Shown here in pieces: positions 56,196 to 64,000 of a stretch of 64,000 bases of DNA. The first letter of the stretch is position 1. Each line of letters starts with the position of its first letter. Below the pieces are notes generated by a model. That model was given only the letters and a program-made list of their open reading frames with translations, did no database searches and had not been told where the DNA came from. A program made the translations under genes and the position numbers. Source of the stretch: Rebecca billardiae RCC1528. Lineage: Eukaryota; Protista; Haptophyta. The stretch spans positions 992,001 through 1,056,000 of the forward strand of contig OZ251243.1 of the NCBI GenBank assembly GCA_965240325.2, written 5' to 3'.

Positions 56196-58778
56196 ATGCC
56201 GGCCTCTCCCGTGGCCCCTGCAGCCGCCAAACAGCGCTCCGACACGATGCCGCGTGCGGACGAGGTGCACGTCACCGTCGGGCAGGGCCTGCAAGTGGAC
56301 CTGCCAATCGACGAGACCCTCTCCAAACGCGCCTCGCACCTCTGGCGCACGGTGCTCCGGATGGGACTGCTTGTCGTCGTGATGTGCGCGGCGGCTACTC
56401 TTCTCGTCATCTTCCACGGCCACGGTCTGCAGCGGCAGGGCGAGGCGCAGGGCATGGCCGTCGAGGTGGCTCAGCTCACTGACTCAAGCAGCCCGTCCTC
56501 CCTTGGCGCAGCCGCCCTCTCACCCACCGGCTGCGGTGAAGATGGTCGCTCAAAGCAACGTGAGCTCGAGCACGTGTGCTCGACTGATGCCGGTGCTGCG
56601 TCGCTCGAGCGGTGCTGCGCGCTCGTCGACGAGCTGTCCACACTAGGCGAGTGCGACGTCGCAGCGCTCGTTGGCGGCGCCGCCGCGCTCGCCGAGGTGC
56701 GCCAGAAGTGCCAGCCATGCCACTCGCACCCGGCCAGGTCCGCCCTCGTCAGAGCCGTCGAGCGGTGCTCTGTCGCAGTCACGATTGGCGCGCCATGTGC
56801 GTCGGGCTGCGAAGCCGTGAGCGAGGAGCTCGACGCGAGCATGTGCGGGCGGGAGGTGCGAGCTCTTGTCCCTTCGGCAGTTCTCGCCACCATCGACTCT
56901 GCCTGCGGCGGCCGTGGTACCACCCACATCTCCTCGCCCGTGGCGGACGCGCGCGCCGTCCCTCCGCCACAGGCGCTGGTCGCAGCTTCCGCTCTGCCGG
57001 CCCATGGCCCGACCTACGACGGCGAGGGCGCCGGCAAAGTGGCGCCTTCGTGGGCAGGGCTCGGCATCACCGCCGCCAGCTACGCCGAGTGCCGCTTCGA
57101 GCTGCTCCAGCTCCAGAACCAGATCCAGAGCTGCACGTCCGCCCTGCTCGAGCTCGGCGCGCCGGGCGACAGTGGCGCGCCGTCGGCGCTCTGCCCCGCG
57201 GCCTGCAGTGCGATCGAGGTGGCTGACCCCGGCGCGTGCATGTCGGCCGTGGCCGCGGCGATTGGTGGATTCCCCGGCACAGAGTGGGCGCTGCGGTGCC
57301 CGCTCGACCTCTTTGAAGACGTCGCCGCCTGCGCCGGCGAGGCGCAGTCTCTCGCGGTGCAGGTCGCGCAAGGCGCTGAGCCGTGCCTCGCCGCGCTGGT
57401 CCAGACACCGGGCGCGTGCCACCCGGCGTGCGCGCGCGCGCTCGAGGACATGCGCGAGCTCGCCGACGCGCACGCGGAGTCGGCGTGCACGCAGATCGTG
57501 AACGCGTCGTCCGTCGTCGCGAGTGTGCTCGACATGGCCGCTGGCGCGTGCGCCGGCGATCAGCCCGCGTGCCCTCGGCTGAGCGGCGTTCCGGTAGCCG
57601 CGCTCGCGCAGTGCGCGCTCGAGTTGACAGGTGGAGGCACCGGCTCCGCCCTTCCCTTCGACGCGTGCCCCGTCGCCTGTGCCGAGCTGGTCACGCTCTC
57701 AGGCCGCACGGGCGCGAGCAGCTCGTGCGGCTTCCCGAGCTCCCTCTTCCCGAGCATCCAGCCCTTCCTCGCCAACCTCCTCGACGGGCTCTGCGGCACC
57801 GGTGCCGCCGCCGACCGGCCGGACGGTGGCCCCAGCCTGATGCCGTGCGCGACTGGCGCGCCGGCCGCGATCGCCTCCGTAGGCGCGTGCGTCGCCAAGC
57901 TGCACGCGCTCGACTTCCTGCTCGGCTCGGAGCTGAGCATGGGCTGCCCGGCGGAGTGCGTCGCCGCGGGCCTCGTGGGCCACGCCGCCGAGTGCCTCCC
58001 GCCGCTGCGCAGCTTCATGCCGACCGGAGCACTCGGGGCGCTCTTCGGAGCTCTCTGCCTTGCTTCCGAGGGCGATGGCGGCGACGGCTGGCTGAGCCCG
58101 CTACTGCCAAGCCCTGGCGGCGACGACTGGCCGAGCCCACTACTGCCGAGCCCTGGTGCCGGTGGCGGCGGCGGCGATGGAGACGGGACGCCGTGGTGGC
58201 CGTTCGCTGGCGCGGGCGGCGGTGACGCCGACGGTGGCGGTGACAACGAGGTCAGGCCGGCGTTGGCTCCGTGCACGGTGAGCGAGTCAGTCTCAATGGG
58301 TGGCCTCTCCCGGGCCTGTGCCGCAGCGCTGCAGGCGGACGGCAGCGACAACCAGGGGAGCGTCCTCGGGCCCGCGTGCCCCGCCGCGTGCGTCGAGTTC
58401 ACCGTGGCGTTCCTCGCGACGCCGTGCGCCGACACCGTGCGTGCCACCGTGCCCAACGCCGACGCCATCGTGGAGGCGTGCACATGCTCCCGGGCGCGCT
58501 TTCGCGCAACCATCGCCGGCGTTGCGACGGCGTGCGCGGACATCGGCAGCTTCATCTTCTCCTGCCCAATGCGCTGCTACGGCGCCATGCTCCTCCTCGA
58601 GGCAGACACGTGCTACGACGCGTACCTGAGTGGCGAGGGCGTGCCGGAGGACGAGCGGCTGTCCGAGTTCTCGCAGTCAGTACTTGCGAGCGTGCCTACG
58701 ATCAATGCCGTCCTCGGACTGCGGTGCGGGACAGGCGGCGATCTGTTGCTGGGGCGCGGTCGGCAGCTCTCAGACTGA
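56196..58778 (+). CDS. Type II membrane protein with repeated Cys-rich helical modules
   Basis: Single N-terminal TM, then about 8-9 modules containing C(P/H)x(A/E/R)C-like motifs and a Gly/Pro linker with a duplicated W.SPLLPSPG. Confidence 0.7.
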   Translation: MPASPVAPAAAKQRSDTMPRADEVHVTVGQGLQVDLPIDETLSKRASHLWRTVLRMGLLVVVMCAAATLLVIFHGHGLQRQGEAQGMAVEVAQLTDSSSPSSLGAAALSPTGCGEDGRSKQRELEHVCSTDAGAASLERCCALVDELSTLGECDVAALVGGAAALAEVRQKCQPCHSHPARSALVRAVERCSVAVTIGAPCASGCEAVSEELDASMCGREVRALVPSAVLATIDSACGGRGTTHISSPVADARAVPPPQALVAASALPAHGPTYDGEGAGKVAPSWAGLGITAASYAECRFELLQLQNQIQSCTSALLELGAPGDSGAPSALCPAACSAIEVADPGACMSAVAAAIGGFPGTEWALRCPLDLFEDVAACAGEAQSLAVQVAQGAEPCLAALVQTPGACHPACARALEDMRELADAHAESACTQIVNASSVVASVLDMAAGACAGDQPACPRLSGVPVAALAQCALELTGGGTGSALPFDACPVACAELVTLSGRTGASSSCGFPSSLFPSIQPFLANLLDGLCGTGAAADRPDGGPSLMPCATGAPAAIASVGACVAKLHALDFLLGSELSMGCPAECVAAGLVGHAAECLPPLRSFMPTGALGALFGALCLASEGDGGDGWLSPLLPSPGGDDWPSPLLPSPGAGGGGGDGDGTPWWPFAGAGGGDADGGGDNEVRPALAPCTVSESVSMGGLSRACAAALQADGSDNQGSVLGPACPAACVEFTVAFLATPCADTVRATVPNADAIVEACTCSRARFRATIAGVATACADIGSFIFSCPMRCYGAMLLLEADTCYDAYLSGEGVPEDERLSEFSQSVLASVPTINAVLGLRCGTGGDLLLGRGRQLSD

Positions 58779-59422
58779 CGACGGGCGGCGGTGGTCGGCG
58801 GTCGGAGCAAGGCGGAGCCTTCTGCTCACACGGAGTTCCGACGGCGCGGAGCCTCGCAACGTCGCCAACGTCGCGCGACGGTCGCGTGCCGCCGTGCCGG
58901 CGTGACCGCGTTAGGTCAGAGTGCCGGTCGCGTCTATATCATGCAGCGCGCATCCTGGCTGATCCGCGCGGAGACGAACAGTACACTCATCCGATGATGA
59001 TGACCCGCCATATTGCCATTGGCATTGGCCGGCAACCCAAGTCAGTCCCGCCAGACTGCGTGCCGCGACCAATCGCCGGCGGTGCTTACCGACTAGCTCA
59101 GTAGCTGGCATTATTGACTGACGACCGGATGTCCCCAGCCTGCTGCGCTGTACCGATACGACTGCCGCGCCGCTTACTTACCGCTATTTTTGACAGCGGT
59201 GACAGCCCGAGCCGCGCACGACGGACGATCGACGCGATGACATCGCGCCATCATCATGCCCATCATCATCGCGATCAGTGTCGTAGTCAGCAGCAGATCT
59301 TATTCATATATATACATAGATCTACTATATATACGTACTTATTTATCGTCGCGCGCGCGATCATCACTCGTCGTCGTCGTCATCCGTCGGCGCCGCCGAA
59401 TCCGTCGCGACGAATATTATTA

Positions 59423-61075
59423 TGGCCCGCGGTGCAGGGCGGAGCGCGCAGCGTGGAGCCCGCTCCGTGGGCCCTAACCACGTTTCAAAAAGATCTTTGA
59501 TCAAGAAAAAAGGGACGGGGGACGATTTTCATGGCTGGAGGAGACCGAGTTTCGAATTTTGAGACCCTCTCTAACACGCATCACGGCCGAAAAAGGTCGC
59601 GCGCCCACGGCAAGTTCATAGTAAAGCGTGGAGTGACGCCCGTCCAAAAAACTTCACGCCCTTTAGGATCCCTAACGTAACGAACCGTTACAAGCGAGTT
59701 TTCCGGCCAATGAGATTGCAGCAAGGTCCAAGGAGCGATGACGTATCTAGATAGATAGAGATTGCCGCGAACCGATGTGACCATGTACGTCCCTTGAATG
59801 ATATGAATCAGTTGAATCAACTATTCAATCGCGCCGTGTCTGTATCAGGAGCCGACGAGGCAAGGGTCAGTAGCCGATGGGCCAACCTCGGCGAATCTCA
59901 ATACTATCTGACACCGGAAGCGGGAGCCGGGGCGCGCGGGCCCGCGTTTTGTACGCCACGGCTGCGGCGAGACCGCGAGAGGAGGCGAGCTGACGAGCGA
60001 CCGACGGGTGAGGACGGCGATGGGCAGGTGCGCGCGGCGAGTTGCGCCTGGAGCGCGCGGCTGCGGCGGGTCCCGACTGCCGTCGACATCGCGTTCGTGC
60101 CCCCGCTCACTCCGCGCGCCCCCGCCGCCCCGTGTCGATGCCTGCGCGCGGCCGCGCGCCGGTCGGCGCCGGGGCGCCCCGGCCGCGCCGCGGCAGCCGC
60201 CCTGTATTCGGGCTCTCGCAAGCTCGGGGGCAGCGGCGCCTGATGCCGGACTGATCGATCTCTGAGTCTTCGACTTCACCACGCGCCGCCCTTGCCATGC
60301 CTTTCCGGGGAGCGCCGACGATCCGAGTCCATCGTCGACGGTCGACTCTGAGCGAGGGCTACGCCTCGGAACTGAACGGTACTCTACGAGGAGGACGAGC
60401 TGCGCGGGCGACGGTGGTGCGTGACGTCCCCAGAGCTGGCTGTGCCTCTGCAACGCGTGCCGAGCCTGATTGAGGTGTGTCAGCCCGTGCACGCGCGGCG
60501 TGCGCGAACGATCCGTGACTGGTGCCCAGTCGCACCTCCGACCTCGGCACCGTGCTCCCTCGGGCTGTCAGCTCCGCGTGGCCTGGCGTGCACGTCGAGT
60601 TGCGCTCATGCGTCGATCACGCCTCGCGCCCGCCTGTCGGCCGTCGCGCAGGCGCTGGTCGAACCCTACTCGGACCAGTGCAAATCATCTAACTATCCTG
60701 GCGCTGCCGGTGCGCGGTGACCCGCGGCGGGACAGCGGTCAGTCAGCAGCAGCGGCCCGAACGAATCCGCGGCCCCGCACCGTGCTCCCTGGCTGTCAGC
60801 TTCGCGTGGCCTGGCGTGCACGTAGAGTCGCGCTCATGCGTCGATCACGCCTCGTCGCATCCGCCTGTATACAGGCGGCGCCGCGCCGGCGGCTGCGAAG
60901 TGCGCCGATGGGCCCGCGCCCCGGGCGCGGCGGGCGGCGGCGCGCCGCGCTGGAGTCTAGTTGTACGGGCATGCAACTCCGGGTCTGTCAATAGACGACT
61001 GCGATGGAGGGTGCACCGCCACCGCGGGCCCTGAACTACGTTCGTTCTACGGAAAAGGACCGCGGAACGCGGTCA
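59423..61075 (+). mobile_element. Non-autonomous element, copy 3 of the asymmetric-IR/3'-hairpin family (more diverged)
   Basis: 5' GGCCCGCGGTG (59424-59434) pairs with CACCGCGGGCC (61020-61030); hairpin GACCGCG-GAA-CGCGGTC at 61058-61074; A|T junctions; TA-rich tract downstream; internal duplication 60547-60626 / 60777-60854. Confidence 0.8.
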
Positions 61076-61312
61076 TAATATATATAATATATATATATAC
61101 TCATATATATATATTAATATATAAGCACCAGCAGACTACTACGGCATCAGACAATGCTACCGCCGGCTGTAGCGCAGACGACATGGCAGCTAGATCTCGG
61201 CGTCGTCCAGGATCTTCGGATTCAGTTCCGACGACCGCGATGACGCCGCCCGCCGCGGCGAGCGACAGAACTACTGTGCCGCGCGCCGCCCGTGATGCGC
61301 TCGCAGATATCA

Positions 61313-62671
61313 TCATGACTCTGAGTTGGCGTCGTCCATTTCCATGCGCGAGGGCGATGCGTCGTAGCCCTGCTCCAGCGCGCCGAAGCCGCCCATCGCC
61401 GCGCCACCTGCCGCGGTGGGCGAGAGTGCCGCTGGCGGCGGGTGCGGCCCAAGGGGCGGCATCCCGTCGAAGGACGCCGACCACGCGCGCGAGGGTGTCG
61501 CGCTGCTGGAGCCGAGGTCGAAGGCGGCGAGCTCGCGGTGGATCTCCTCGTCGGCGGAGTGCGCGACCGGCGCCGTGTGCCGCGCCCTGCGCGCGCGCTC
61601 CCGCTCCATCGGCCAGACGCCCTCGGCTCCGTCGTCAACGCAGCGGAACGCATCAGTCTCGTCGTCGGCGTCATAGTCTGCGTCGTCGCCAACGGGTGTG
61701 GCGCCCCTGTCGTGCTCGACGGGCGGCTGCACGCCGGAGAGCGAGTCGAGGCTCTCGTCGTCCGTGTGCCCGCTCATCCCGCCCTCGCGCATCGAGGGCG
61801 GCCGCTGCTTCTGCGGCCGGCCCGTCTGGACGACAGTCGGGCTCGACACACGCTCGTGTTTCCGCTTCGGCGTCGGGTCGAAGCGGCGGAGGCCGACGGA
61901 GGAGCGCAGGAACGGGGAGACGTCGATCCCTTCGCTCGTGTGCGCGTGCAGCTCCTCGTCGGCCGGCGGCGAGGGCACCTCGGGCGGCGCCCCGGGGAGC
62001 GCCGTCGGGTCCCAGCTGGAAGCCTGCACGGCTTCCGCCGCGGCCGCGGAGGCGGCGCGCCCGTCGCCGCGCAGCAGAGCGGCAAGCAGCTGGTACCGGA
62101 GGTGGTCTAGGCGCTCCGAAGCGAAGCGGCCGGGTGGTCGCTCCGCGTAGGTCGCGACGGACGCAAGCTGGACGAGCTCGCCGTGCTGCTCCTCGAGCGC
62201 GCGGGAGAGCTGTATTTGCAAGACGCCGCTGCGCGCGGCTTCGCCCAACGCGGCATCGGCGCTTTCGTCGAGGCTGGCGAGCGAGCGGGCGAGCTCCTCG
62301 AGGCTGAGGAGGTCCTCATGATGCCGTGCGTTCGGCGATGCGCGCATCGCTGCGCCCCCCGGCCGCACGACGACTGTGATGTCGGCGCGGGCCCGCTCGG
62401 TGGCACTCAAGCTGAAAGCCGCCAAGCCGGCCGCGAGGCAGCCCGCCCGCCAGCTTGTCCACCGAAGCGACCGGACGGGCGAGAGCCGGTGCGAAGTTTC
62501 TGCTGGATGAGAACTGAGAACCGCCGGCGAGTTCCGAAGTTGCGCCGGACTTTCGAGCGACGACGGCCGGCGGCGGCCGGCGGACTCCAGCCGTTGGCGT
62601 TCACCGTGGTCGTCAGTTGATGCTGACGACTGCTGCTGACTGCCGACGCCGTCGCTGCGGTCATCATCCAC
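61313..62671 (-). CDS. Hypothetical protein (possible TM, coiled coil, acidic disordered tail); start uncertain
   Basis: 452-codon ORF with protein-like composition, but it opens on GTG and may need an upstream exon. Confidence 0.5.
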   Translation of the reverse strand: MDDDRSDGVGSQQQSSASTDDHGERQRLESAGRRRPSSLESPAQLRNSPAVLSSHPAETSHRLSPVRSLRWTSWRAGCLAAGLAAFSLSATERARADITVVVRPGGAAMRASPNARHHEDLLSLEELARSLASLDESADAALGEAARSGVLQIQLSRALEEQHGELVQLASVATYAERPPGRFASERLDHLRYQLLAALLRGDGRAASAAAAEAVQASSWDPTALPGAPPEVPSPPADEELHAHTSEGIDVSPFLRSSVGLRRFDPTPKRKHERVSSPTVVQTGRPQKQRPPSMREGGMSGHTDDESLDSLSGVQPPVEHDRGATPVGDDADYDADDETDAFRCVDDGAEGVWPMERERARRARHTAPVAHSADEEIHRELAAFDLGSSSATPSRAWSASFDGMPPLGPHPPPAALSPTAAGGAAMGGFGALEQGYDASPSRMEMDDANSES

Positions 62672-62835
62672 GACTTTGCGTCGACAGACACAGTATTTGA
62701 CAGTGGTAGTCCAGTAGCAGCCTGGTATATGTCACGACGGTGTCCTGCACACTCACTGGGACGGTGTGACGCCCGGTCGCGGGTCACTCAACAGGCGCGG
62801 GTCGGATGGTCATGGTGCCAGCGAGCGTCATGGAT

Positions 62836-63415
62836 TCACCAGAGGGTTGGCCACGGCCTTAGGCGTCGCGCCTCACCGACACCGGAGTCATCAGCGGGCT
62901 CAGCAGCGTGCCGGCGGTGCCACACGCTGGGTCGGGAGCCGCGCGCGGCGCGCCAATGCACGGCCGCAAAGCATGCAAGTGCAGCTCCCAGAAGCAGCGC
63001 AGGCGGCCGGATCCGCCGGTCCAGAGGCACCGCATCCGCCTCGCGCCTTCGCGACGAGCTGGCCGTCCCGGTCCTGCCGAGTCCGGGATGTCGCCGGGGG
63101 CTCGGCTCTGCGCGCGCCCACCAGACCGGCTTGCCGGTGACCCAGAAGGGCGGCGGGGGCGGCATGGATGGGGCCGTTTGTCCGCGCCCGGGTTGTCGCC
63201 GGGGACTTGGAGGTGCGTGCGCCCACCAGACAGGCTTGCCGGTGACCCAGAAAGGCGGCGGGGGCGACCAAGATTGAACTGGCACGGTGGGTGGCGGCGG
63301 CGGCGGCGGCGGGGACGGCGATGGTGGCGGTGGCGGTGGCGGCGATGGGGATGGCGGTGGTGGCTCGGGTGGAGGCTTCGGGCTAGGTGGTGGTGGAGGC
63401 GACGGCGATGGCGGC

Positions 63416-63446
<31 letters not shown>

Positions 63447-63834
63447 GCGGCGGAGGAGGTGACGGTGACGGAGGTGGCGGCTCCGGCGGATAGGGCGGCC
63501 AGAATGGCGGCAGGGGCGGCGATGAGGGCGGCGGCGGGAAGTGGTCGCGCAGCGAGATGCCGGCTGGATCCACGCACGCGCACCGGTGGTAGTGCAGGCA
63601 GCACTCGAAGGGCCGGCAGTGGCACTCGCACGCCTCATCCAACGGCACCGGCGGCCATGGGCCGTTCTCGCAGCCTGGCGCTTTCTCCGCCCACATCAGC
63701 TGCCGCGGCGCGGCCGCCGCTGGGCGCTGCCCTGTCAGCATGCACGTGAGCGCGAGGACACTGGCGAGACGGGCTCTCGCACCCCTGCCGCCAGCGCGGT
63801 GCACAATGGCGCGCGCCCCGGCCACCGCGCCCAT
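62836..63834 (-). CDS. Pro-rich extensin/HRGP-like surface protein with Cys-rich N-terminal domain
   Basis: Hydrophobic leader, CECHCRPFECCLHYHRCAC, long SP(n) tract, two PPPPFWVTGKPVWWA repeats, C-terminal hydrophobic segment. Confidence 0.7.
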
Positions 63835-64000
63835 CGTGGCAGGCGGTGGCCGTGAGATGCACAGCTCTTGCAAAAAGGCAAAAGCCGCCGGCGGCGGTTG
63901 GGAGCGGCCGCCGCTCTATGAATTTCATCCTCGGCGCATTTCTCACGCCCGGGATCAAATCGCGCACGTGCAACCAAGGGTGTCCAGGGTCCGCAACAGC

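Noticed and set aside
59423-61075. Fanzor/TnpB or Rep/Hel coding capacity in the hairpin elements
   Set aside because: No RuvC, zinc-finger, HUH or helicase motifs found in any of the three copies.

Overview
Very GC-rich, gene-dense eukaryotic nuclear DNA with few, short, GC-rich GT-AG introns and one bipartite plastid-targeting presequence. It is probably an alga with a secondary plastid, and the style suggests a pavlovophyte haptophyte such as Diacronema (inference, not searched). About 20 genes are supportable: MFS transporter, ARM+BTB protein, TRAP-beta, two inverted GGCT-like paralogs, two MYND proteins, a CrtW beta-carotene ketolase, ECO1, a tRNA-binding OB-fold protein, DBP8/DDX49, a glycosyltransferase + double sulfotransferase-like fusion, a DNAAF5-like HEAT protein, a VHL-UIM-UBX protein, a Dispatched/Patched-like RND protein, a ubiquitin-tetraspan fusion, ARPC2 and Cys-/Pro-rich surface proteins. 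Between the genes are many non-autonomous mobile elements, none with a recognisable transposase: (i) three copies of a family with asymmetric inverted repeats, a 3' terminal hairpin, A|T junctions next to (TA)n and different cargo (Helitron2/Helentron-like architecture); (ii) a very young gag-only Copia-type LTR element; (iii) a 2.3-kb foldback element with 1-kb arms just upstream of the DNAAF5-like ATG; (iv) several TIR elements; and (v) a 30-nt transposon-end-like motif, one copy of which is translated in frame inside the ARM-BTB gene. All calls come from reading motifs by eye; no database search was run.
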